Shown here in pieces: positions 6,007 to 12,303 of a stretch of DNA of 15,204 nucleotides; the first letter of the stretch is position 1; each line of letters opens with the position of its first letter. Source of the stretch: a virus; the IMG/VR virus record IMGVR_UViG_3300038974_000388, positions 1 through 15,204 of that record. One strand, given 5' to 3'. The position numbers and the translations under genes were made by a program. Below the pieces are notes generated by a model. The model was not told the DNA's origin, ran no database searches, and saw only the letters and a list, made by a program, of their open reading frames with translations.

Positions 6007-7971
6007 CTAGTCTTCATCGGTGTCGTGCTCCACTGGTACCCAGATACCGCGCCCGATTCCCTTCTTGATCAAACCGAGGTCTTTCAGCTTCATGACGATT
6101 CGCTTCATGCACTGGACGACCGCTTCTTCGTTGGGACCGAAGACCAGACCTTCCGCCGCGCATTTATTCCGCCATTCCGCAAGGCTTGGGTAGGATGACT
6201 GAGAAAGGTCCTTCAGGATCGCCAGGGACTTCATTTCCCGCGCTCCAGCCTCTTTTCCGTCCATAGACACCTCAACCTGACTTAGAACGCCTGAGTCGCC
6301 GCGTCTGAACCATACGGGGACGTATGCCGCCGGGGGGAGTCGGTTGCCCTTTGTGGCTACGAACTGGACAAGGCGCTTCCGTTCTTCCACGTCCTCGATG
6401 CCGGCCTTTTGGGCCTCCTTCGCGGTCATGTTCCGAAGCGCGTATTCGCCGCGTACCGCGTCGGTGATGGCGCCGCCGCCTCGGGAATTGTGGCTTGTGA
6501 TTTCGTCCGCGCTGTTGCTGGCCTTGGTGGCATGGGAGACAAGGACGCACGTTGCGCCGGTACGAACGGCCATGTCGTCAACCATTTTGCCAAGGCGGCG
6601 CTGTTCGTCCTGTTTGAGTTCGTCACCCTCGCTCAGGGACAAGGCGGGGTCGAATCCGACGAAGACCACGTCGCCAAGATCCAGGACTTCTTTCACGAAG
6701 GAGTTGAACAGATCCGACTTTACCAAGACGCCCTTGTCGTCCTTCACAAGAAAGAGGCAGTCTTCCCCGGCCTTGGGGTGAATGATCAAGTTTTGGTCAA
6801 GGATGTCGATCTCTTCATCGGTGCAGTTCAAGGCCTTGCACATATTGAAAATGGAGTCGTGGACGTCGTCCGCCGTGTCCTCGGTCAAGACCAGGACGGC
6901 CTTTCCTGTCTTGACGATCTCCCATTCCCAAGGGACGCGGCCCAGGACTGCGCCTATTGCCATTTGCTTCAAGAGGGTCGTCTTCGAAGATCCGCCGATA
7001 CCGGTCAAAAGAAGGCCTCGGCCCTGCGGCATTCGCTGTTTGGCGAACCACGGGAACGGTGGCGGCGCTGTCGTCGCCATTCGCTTGATGGATACCGGGG
7101 AGTCCCACGGCCCTTTTGGTTTGGTTTCCTCGGGGACTTTGGCGACGATCTCCCGGAGCTGGTCGATGGTGCCGCCGGCGTCGAGCCAATCGGACACGTC
7201 CCCCTTCTGGGGAAGCCCGGGGAGTTCAACCAGGCGGACGGAGTCCACGAACGGCTTGATCTTGATCCGGACGTCCTCGGCATGGTCACGGCCTGGCTTG
7301 TCGTTGTCGGGAATGATGATGACCTTCTTTCCCTTCAGAAATTGGCCGTACTCGTCCCGCCACTTGCCTGAACCCATGGGGTTGCATGTCGCCACCAAGC
7401 CCAAGTCCTTGAGCCGGAGAACGTCCTTCTCGCCTTCGACGATGAAGACCGTCTTCGCGGTCAGGACTTCGGGAAGGTTGAAGGGAACAAGGCGGACGCC
7501 CTGGACGTTCTCGATCCACTTTTCGGCCTGGAAGTCATAGTGCCATTGGCGGAAGGTCTTTTCACGCCCTTCTTCCTCGAACCTGAGGACGCTAAAGGCA
7601 TAGGTCCCGTCTTCAAAGGTGTAGTCGTACCGGTCTGTCTGGTTTGCTTCGACCGCCCGCGCTTTTTCCTTTTTCTTCCCGTCACCATTCCCATTCAGTC
7701 CGACCAGGTGGGCGAGTTCGCCTAAGGCCTCCTGGAAGGTGACGCCGCGCCGCTCCTGGACGAAGGAGAAGACGTCGCCCTTGGCCCCACATCCTTGGCA
7801 GAAATACAAGCCGGTCTTGACGTTGCAGTACAGGCTTGGGGTGTCGTCGTCGTGGAATGGACAACGGGCCGGGAGTTCATCCCCATTCAACCGCTGTTCA
7901 CAGTCGAGTTCGGACCTGTAGAACGATTCGAAATTGATCTTATCAAGGACGTCTGACTTTTCGATGGTCAA
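6007..7971 (-). CDS. Bifunctional DNA primase / replicative helicase (CHC2 zinc finger + TOPRIM + RecA-like AAA_25/RepA-type NTPase + C-terminal DNA-binding-like tail)
   Basis: The zinc finger is CPFHDDDTPS...CQGCG and the TOPRIM segment is FIVEGEKD...IIIPDNDKPGRDH. The Walker A is GIGGSSKT (6979-7002), with Walker-B-like VLVLTED. The start is TTG at 7971, preceded by GGGAGGTG and overlapping the upstream TGA. Confidence 0.9.
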   Translation of the reverse strand: MTIEKSDVLDKINFESFYRSELDCEQRLNGDELPARCPFHDDDTPSLYCNVKTGLYFCQGCGAKGDVFSFVQERRGVTFQEALGELAHLVGLNGNGDGKKKEKARAVEANQTDRYDYTFEDGTYAFSVLRFEEEGREKTFRQWHYDFQAEKWIENVQGVRLVPFNLPEVLTAKTVFIVEGEKDVLRLKDLGLVATCNPMGSGKWRDEYGQFLKGKKVIIIPDNDKPGRDHAEDVRIKIKPFVDSVRLVELPGLPQKGDVSDWLDAGGTIDQLREIVAKVPEETKPKGPWDSPVSIKRMATTAPPPFPWFAKQRMPQGRGLLLTGIGGSSKTTLLKQMAIGAVLGRVPWEWEIVKTGKAVLVLTEDTADDVHDSIFNMCKALNCTDEEIDILDQNLIIHPKAGEDCLFLVKDDKGVLVKSDLFNSFVKEVLDLGDVVFVGFDPALSLSEGDELKQDEQRRLGKMVDDMAVRTGATCVLVSHATKASNSADEITSHNSRGGGAITDAVRGEYALRNMTAKEAQKAGIEDVEERKRLVQFVATKGNRLPPAAYVPVWFRRGDSGVLSQVEVSMDGKEAGAREMKSLAILKDLSQSSYPSLAEWRNKCAAEGLVFGPNEEAVVQCMKRIVMKLKDLGLIKKGIGRGIWVPVEHDTDED

Positions 7972-8363
7972 GCGGACACCTCCCGTCTGAGGTCCAAAAG
8001 TTGCTTGGTCACCTCGATTGCTCGGGGATCGTTGCCGCCGTGGCGGTCAGGATGGCAAAGGACGATCAGGTCCTTGATGAATGGCTTTATGCGGTCGAGG
8101 ACTTTTGATCCTGCGCTTGGAGGTGGCTCCGGGCTGTACCCGTTCTGCTTCGCCAGAAGGGAAAAATATAAGCCTCGGTAGAACTCGGAATCACGCCGAA
8201 GACGGTTCAGCTCGTCACGGTCAACGAAGACGCTGTCGGGGTCCGACTCGCCGCGCTCCATGGACTTTCGACGCTTGAAGCATTTGATGCAGACGGTCTT
8301 CCACTCTTCGCCATAGTCGTGGTGGAAGGACTCTCCGCAGTCTGAACAATATTTGTAGGGCAT
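7968..8363 (-). CDS. Zinc-ribbon protein with a C-terminal J-domain-like segment (HPD motif)
   Basis: 131 aa from the ATG at 8363 (RBS AGGAGG). The N-terminus has CSDCG...CIKC. The C-terminus, IKDLIVLCHPDRHGGNDPRAIEVTKQLLDL, matches helix II-HPD-helix III of DnaJ J domains, with the HPD codons at 8046-8054. Confidence 0.55.
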   Translation of the reverse strand: MPYKYCSDCGESFHHDYGEEWKTVCIKCFKRRKSMERGESDPDSVFVDRDELNRLRRDSEFYRGLYFSLLAKQNGYSPEPPPSAGSKVLDRIKPFIKDLIVLCHPDRHGGNDPRAIEVTKQLLDLRREVSA

Positions 8364-8398
8364 AGGGGTTGCCTCCTGAGGCTTCCCCAAGCTGACGT

Positions 8399-8448
8399 GG
8401 TACCGTCCGGTACTGAATGGTACCGTTTAGTACCGTTTGGTACTGTAT
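8399..8448. repeat. Five RGTACY units at exact 10-bp phasing (cluster D) upstream of the replication operon
   Basis: GGTACCGTCC GGTACTGAAT GGTACCGTTT AGTACCGTTT GGTACTGTAT, with units starting at 8399, 8409, 8419, 8429 and 8439. Confidence 0.8.
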
Positions 8449-8451
8449 GGT

Positions 8452-8478
8452 TTGACTTCTGGCGGGAGAGGGTAAAAT
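8452..8478 (+). promoter_or_regulatory. Candidate plus-strand promoter (the only one facing against the genes)
   Basis: TTGACT (8452-8457) and TAAAAT (8473-8478). The spacer is only 15 nt, which is a weakness. The -35 overlaps the degenerate last unit of the 10-bp array. Confidence 0.3.
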
Positions 8479-8484
8479 ATCAAG

Positions 8485-8558
8485 GTTACCACGCCGAGAG
8501 AATTTTATTTCTCTCCCCCCAGAAGCCCAAGTACCATGTCGCTTGGGCTTTTCTTTAT
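8485..8558 (+). ncRNA. Candidate ~70-nt countertranscript RNA with two stem-loops
   Basis: Hairpin 1 is GAGAGAA/TTCTCTC (8496-8515). Hairpin 2 is AAGCCCAAG/CTTGGGCTT (8523-8550), followed by TTCTTTAT, so it has an intrinsic-terminator shape only on the plus strand. No plus-strand CDS lies nearby. Confidence 0.3.
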
Positions 8559-8755
8559 CTCATGGTGATTGGCGTCGAGGTTGTCTTCCTGTCCCTCGGC
8601 GCGTACTCGCCGCAAAAATTATTCGCCGCCGACATAGGCCACGCCTCTTTTCCCGCCCTCGGGGATCTCCGGTGACATTCGCCAAGATCCTTCCCTTCTT
8701 CCGTCTGGGGCGCGAACCAGTAACGACATTTCCGGCATTCCATTCCGTTACTCAT
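8555..8755 (-). CDS. 66-aa Cys-rich miniprotein (CxxC...C...C), function unknown
   Basis: ATG at 8755, with AAGGAG 9 nt upstream. The pattern ECRKCRYW...GECHRRSP...WP...NFCGEY recalls small hypothetical phage proteins. Confidence 0.6.
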   Translation of the reverse strand: MSNGMECRKCRYWFAPQTEEGKDLGECHRRSPRAGKEAWPMSAANNFCGEYAPRDRKTTSTPITMR

Positions 8756-8803
8756 GAGATAGACTCCTTGGGCATCTTGCCCTGTATATGGTTGTCTTCG
8801 GCA

Positions 8804-9313
8804 CTATGCCTCAGACGGGACATTCTCGTATTTAATTTTCAGTTTATCGGCAATTTCTCTAAGTATTTCTGAAATATTATAGAACGCAACAAACTTGCTT
8901 TTGTTGACGCATTCTTCCGAAATTAAAAATTCATATTTTCCATCTTCAAGAGTATATTTGATATATGGTCCATTACCGAATTTTTGATATGACCTAACAA
9001 AATTAATTTTGTTATACATATACATGATCCAGTAACTTTCATCTGTATTTTCAAATGCACAATATAAATGATTGTCTAAGTTTTGAAATATAACATTCGT
9101 TATTGCTTCCGAAACTTCAATCGAAAAGCCCATTTCTTCGAAAAAGAAAAAGACGCCGGCCTTCATGGCGGTTTCCGGCGAAAATGTATTCGCTTTGCCC
9201 TGCCCCGAAGTTGGCGTCTCGGGAACAATGTTCCCGCGCTTCACCAGGAAGCGGAATCTGTCGGGGTTGACCCCGAGGGGAAGATAAATGTCTTTCGGTT
9301 TGAGTCTCTTCAT
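8804..9313 (-). CDS. 169-aa protein: N-terminal excisionase/MerR-like HTH fused to an AT-rich-encoded domain of unknown function
   Basis: The N-terminus, LKPKDIYLPLGVNPDRFRFLVKRGNIVPE, resembles HTH_17/AlpA-type motifs. DNA from about 8804 to 9110 is visibly far more AT-rich than the rest of the element. RBS GGGAGC. Confidence 0.55.
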   Translation of the reverse strand: MKRLKPKDIYLPLGVNPDRFRFLVKRGNIVPETPTSGQGKANTFSPETAMKAGVFFFFEEMGFSIEVSEAITNVIFQNLDNHLYCAFENTDESYWIMYMYNKINFVRSYQKFGNGPYIKYTLEDGKYEFLISEECVNKSKFVAFYNISEILREIADKLKIKYENVPSEA

Positions 9314-9381
9314 TCGTGCTCCCGCGTTGACTTCGAAATAAACTTAGTTTTTTTACGAAGTCATGTCAAGCGGGAATGTGA

Positions 9382-9645
9382 TTATTTTTTTTCTTCGATA
9401 ATTGCTTGAATTTCCTTATCAATCGCCGCCAAGACAACCTTTTTGATAAAGCCCTGAATGCTACCTGGTCTGTGCTCTTTGATGAACTGGAGCTTCGCCA
9501 GCTCGACTTCGGACAGTCTCAGGTTGAAGCCCTTCATCACTCTGGGGTCAAGGTCGGCCCACGGAAGACGATCATATTCTTCCTCAGCCGCGCCGATGAA
9601 TTTTTCGGCCTGGTCCAGGGTAGGACGGGGGTTGAACTTCGTCAT
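9382..9645 (-). CDS. Ribbon-helix-helix partition/centromere-binding protein (ParG/omega-like partner of ParA)
   Basis: 87 aa. Its ATG overlaps the ParA TGA (ATGA at 9642-9645). FNLRLSEVELAKLQFIKEH...SIQGFIKKVVLAAI fits a strand-helix-helix pattern. Confidence 0.6.
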   Translation of the reverse strand: MTKFNPRPTLDQAEKFIGAAEEEYDRLPWADLDPRVMKGFNLRLSEVELAKLQFIKEHRPGSIQGFIKKVVLAAIDKEIQAIIEEKK

Positions 9646-10289
9646 TTGAAAAGCTCCTTGTAAAGCTGTCGGATTTCGTGCGCCGCATAGGACGCCGCTT
9701 CGAACTCGGGGACCGACTTTCCCGCGCCGCTGGCCCGCCGGTATGCAATCCGTTCTGACAAGGTGGTCCTGATCAGTGTCATGTCGGGGAACTCGCCTTC
9801 GATGAATTCCCGGGCCTCCTCGGCTTCCTTCACGGAAGGGTTCGTACTGGCGAAGTTGAGGACCACGAAGACGGCAATCTCCGGGTTGATGACACGGGCC
9901 TCATTCACCAGGCGGTCAATGGTCGAAAGGCTCCACAAGTCGAACTGAGAAGGCCTGACCGGGACCAGAAGGACGTCCGCCACCAGGAGCGCCGCTCGGA
10001 GTTCGACCGAGTCGCGCCCGCCGGCGTCGATCACTATGTCCGAAAATTTTGGAGCAAGGGTCTTGATCTCCTGATGAAGGCCCTTCCCTGTCAGTTGTAC
10101 CGTGGTCACCTTCGGGAGCTGGTCGTCATTCAAGCCCTTCCTGAGCGCCGCCCACATGGAGCTTGAAAGCTGTTTGTCCGCGTCCACCAAGAGGACGTCA
10201 CGGCCCTTGCTGGAGGCCTGAGCCGCCATGTTCACGGCAATGGTACTCTTGCCAACTCCGCCCTTCTCCGCGCCGCATAGAAGAATCAT
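9642..10289 (-). CDS. parA: ParA-family partition ATPase (small, type Ib)
   Basis: It carries the deviant Walker A GAEKGGVGKST. It is about 215 aa from the ATG at 10289 (GAGGTG 5 nt upstream) and has no N-terminal HTH extension. Confidence 0.9.
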   Translation of the reverse strand: MILLCGAEKGGVGKSTIAVNMAAQASSKGRDVLLVDADKQLSSSMWAALRKGLNDDQLPKVTTVQLTGKGLHQEIKTLAPKFSDIVIDAGGRDSVELRAALLVADVLLVPVRPSQFDLWSLSTIDRLVNEARVINPEIAVFVVLNFASTNPSVKEAEEAREFIEGEFPDMTLIRTTLSERIAYRRASGAGKSVPEFEAASYAAHEIRQLYKELFK

Positions 10290-10304
10290 ATCCACCTCAA
10301 AGAA

Positions 10305-10322
10305 GGCGGGGTTTCCCCCGCC
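10305..10322 (-). terminator. GC hairpin with a T-rich tail between orf109 and parA (partial terminator/attenuator)
   Basis: GGCGGGG-tttc-CCCCGCC. On the minus strand it is followed by TTCTTTGAGG, which runs straight into the parA RBS. Confidence 0.35.
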
Positions 10323-10328
10323 CTATAT

Positions 10329-10658
10329 TCAAGACGCCTGAGCGCGTTCATTCCCGATCAACCGCGCATCGCAGAATTTTCCCGCCACGCCTTCCTTCTC
10401 GTTCTCTTCCGCGTAGGTGTATCGGGTGACGCTGATGCTCCCGACCTTGCGGTCGATAATCTCGAAGGCTTCGTCCATAACTCGCTTCTGGTTGAGAAGG
10501 AGAACGTCGAGGACGCGGGCACAAAGAGCGGGGTGTCCTTCCCCGGGGACGAACTGTCCGTCCACGCCTTCAAGGATCTGGGTGAAGGCCACGATAGGCT
10601 TGAAGGAGTCTTCCAGAATGTCTTTCAGGTCTTCGGACCAGGTGTCTCTTGGTTCCAT
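10329..10658 (-). CDS. 109-aa acidic protein, function unknown
   Basis: The ATG at 10658 is preceded by GGGGGAG, with the upstream TAA stop between the SD and the ATG. It has a clear excess of Asp/Glu, and I recognise no motif. Confidence 0.6.
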   Translation of the reverse strand: MEPRDTWSEDLKDILEDSFKPIVAFTQILEGVDGQFVPGEGHPALCARVLDVLLLNQKRVMDEAFEIIDRKVGSISVTRYTYAEENEKEGVAGKFCDARLIGNERAQAS

Positions 10659-10660
10659 GG

Positions 10661-10954
10661 TTACTCCCCCAACCTGTCAGACAGATTTTCCATGATTTCG
10701 AAAATATGGTCGGCTTCCTGCCGAAGCATGATCGCCAGGGTCCCGCGCTCTTCCTTGTCGAAGTCCTCGAATTCCCAAAGGGTCCGGCCCATGAACTTCA
10801 GCCGGTTCACGGATTCCAGAAGACGATCAAGGTCTTCCTGATCGACCTTGCGCCGCGTTTCCCGGTTGCTGTCGCAATTCGCGCATGAACGGTTCCCGAC
10901 GCACATTTCAGCCTTGCGTTCCGCCTGAGCCGCCAATACTTGTACTTCAGCCAT
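10661..10954 (-). CDS. 97-aa acidic, coiled-coil-prone protein with a CxxxxxCxxC patch, function unknown
   Basis: ATG at 10954, with AGGAGG 8 nt upstream. Confidence 0.6.
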   Translation of the reverse strand: MAEVQVLAAQAERKAEMCVGNRSCANCDSNRETRRKVDQEDLDRLLESVNRLKFMGRTLWEFEDFDKEERGTLAIMLRQEADHIFEIMENLSDRLGE

Positions 10955-11024
10955 TGCATGAACCTCCTGTCGGTTCTGTTGTGGTTAGGCGTTGGTCTGG
11001 TGTTCCCGCACCAGGCCGGCGCCG

Positions 11025-11315
11025 CTATTCGACTCTAAGGACCTTCTCCATTTCGCTGGTGGGGATGAACCATCTTCTCGGACCGATCTTCTTGCCCTTG
11101 ATGACGCCTTCCTTCAGCCATTTTCTGACCGCCGCCGGGGTGACACCGATTCGAGAAGCGAACTCGATTGTCGTTATCATTTCCGGCTTCGGCTGTTCGG
11201 CCTTTGTCTTTTGTTCCATCATATTTCTGAATGCCTCCTGACGTTCTGGGTCCATCCCCTGAAGGGATCTCTTCAGCTCGATGAAGTCCGGGTCATTGAT
11301 CAAATCGTCTTTCAT
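11025..11315 (-). CDS. Excisionase-family HTH DNA-binding protein (possible RDF or AlpA-like regulator)
   Basis: 96 aa from the ATG at 11315. Its RBS TAGGAGG contains the recombinase stop codon. The C-terminus, ITTIEFASRIGVTPAAVRKWLKEGVIKGKKIGPRRWFIP, matches the HTH_17/excisionase pattern. Confidence 0.7.
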   Translation of the reverse strand: MKDDLINDPDFIELKRSLQGMDPERQEAFRNMMEQKTKAEQPKPEMITTIEFASRIGVTPAAVRKWLKEGVIKGKKIGPRRWFIPTSEMEKVLRVE

Positions 11316-11326
11316 GTCGTGGCCTC

Positions 11327-11998
11327 CTACGCGGCCTTTTTCAGCACGTTCGCCACGGTACCGAAGGACCACGGCTTGCCCGTCTTGGTGAAGACGCCGT
11401 CCCGGTTCAGGGTGTCGGCAATCCGTTGAAAACTGTATCCCTTGGCCCGAAGGTTCAGGATCTTGGTCATGGTGGCTTGTTCTTCTGGGTTCTCAACCAG
11501 GCGTCCGTCCTCGGTCACGTTGAAGCCGAAGGGGACCTTCCCCCCGAGCTTCTCCCCCTTGGACTTCTTCACCGTCAACGCGGCCCTGGTCCGCTCCCCG
11601 ATGGTTTCCCGCTCCCACTCGGCAACCGAGGTCAGGAGGTTGAGAACGAAGCGCCCCGAGGCGGTCCGGGTATCGATTTGCTCGGCCACGACAAACAGGT
11701 CGAAGGCGTCCCTGAAGTATTCGTCCAGAAGACCGCCCATGTCTCGGACGGACCGTGTCAGACGGTCGAGCTTCGCCACGACAAGCCCTTCGGCTTCGCC
11801 CCGCCTGAGCGCCGAAAGCGCATCCTGAAGGCCTGAGCGCAGGAGGTTCTTGCCGCTGGCCGCGTCCTTGTGAATCTCGACCAGCTCCAGGTCATAGAGG
11901 GAGCAATAAGCCCGGATCTTCTCCGTCTGGTCGGTAAGGCCAAGACCTGAGGCCTCTTGTCCGTCCGTACTGACTCGAATATATCCCATGACTTTCAT
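11327..11998 (-). CDS. Serine recombinase, short form (resolvase catalytic domain + 'recombinase' domain, no zinc-ribbon/coiled-coil)
   Basis: 223 aa from the ATG at 11998 (RBS AAGGAGGGGGAG). The catalytic motif is YIRVSTDGQ, and the E-helix segment is GRFVLNLLTSVAEWERETIGERT. The segment GGKVPFGF...GKPWSFGTVANVLKK is typical of the large-serine-recombinase RD domain, but the protein ends there. Confidence 0.9.
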   Translation of the reverse strand: MKVMGYIRVSTDGQEASGLGLTDQTEKIRAYCSLYDLELVEIHKDAASGKNLLRSGLQDALSALRRGEAEGLVVAKLDRLTRSVRDMGGLLDEYFRDAFDLFVVAEQIDTRTASGRFVLNLLTSVAEWERETIGERTRAALTVKKSKGEKLGGKVPFGFNVTEDGRLVENPEEQATMTKILNLRAKGYSFQRIADTLNRDGVFTKTGKPWSFGTVANVLKKAA

Positions 11999-12032
11999 TT
12001 TCTCCCCCTCCTTGGGTTGCCCTTTCGCCACC

Positions 12033-12061
12033 TCTATGTTCTTCCGTTGCGTTAATGTCAA
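12033..12061 (-). promoter_or_regulatory. Candidate promoter for the recombinase-led gene string
   Basis: On the minus strand: a perfect TTGACA (12061..12056) preceded by an AT-rich tract, a 17-nt spacer, then a weak -10 CATAGA (12038..12033). Confidence 0.25.
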
Positions 12062-12154
12062 TAAATATTTTTGATCTCTTCAGATTTCCCACAAGGCGTA
12101 GGATGCTGAATTTTGTTCTATTTCAATTATTTCGAAGACTTGTCTAAATTCTCC

Positions 12155-12190
12155 AAAAAAAGGTGGCGCAATAGTGAACTATTGCGCCAC
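12155..12190 (-). terminator. Intrinsic terminator T2 formed by a 28-bp perfect palindrome
   Basis: GTGGCGCAATAGT-GA-ACTATTGCGCCAC (12163-12190). On the minus strand the stem is followed by CTTTTTTT (12155-12162). Confidence 0.6.
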
Positions 12191-12267
12191 GTCGGCTATT
12201 TTTTCCCATGTAATTTTCGCCGGAAGAATGAATTTTCTTCAGTAAAAAATACACTGGATTTTATTTG

Positions 12268-12284
12268 CTATTGCGCCATGTCGG
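12268..12284. repeat. Third copy of the palindrome half-site plus flank
   Basis: CTATTGCGCCATGTCGG matches CTATTGCGCCACGTCGG (12179-12195) at 16 of 17 positions, in the same orientation, 89 bp away. Confidence 0.7.
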
Positions 12285-12303
12285 AAGAAATAGATCGTTG
12301 CTG

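Noticed and set aside
5703-6017. 104-aa minus-strand ORF spanning the repeat field, and the 83-codon N-terminal extension of terS (5621..5869).
   Set aside because: The reading frames run through tandem DNA repeats, giving reiterated YLQ/EYL peptides. They lack RBSs and overlap the primase stop. The ATG at 5620, with an AGGAA RBS, explains terS.
424-7540. Long plus-strand ORFs (e.g. 3..587, 424..1611, 2622..3236, 3589..4932, 6409..7371, 6782..7540).
   Set aside because: Each lies antisense to a minus-strand gene with clear family motifs and strong RBSs. Their products are Arg/Pro/Gly/Leu-rich low-complexity sequence, typical of shadow frames in GC-rich DNA, and none has a convincing RBS.
8364-8390. 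Upstream TTG/GTG start extensions in the ORF track (8390, 635, 3278, 4980, 10295, 11372, 12061).
   Set aside because: In each case an internal ATG lies 5-9 nt downstream of a GGAGG-like motif, and the extension overlaps intergenic repeats or the preceding gene.
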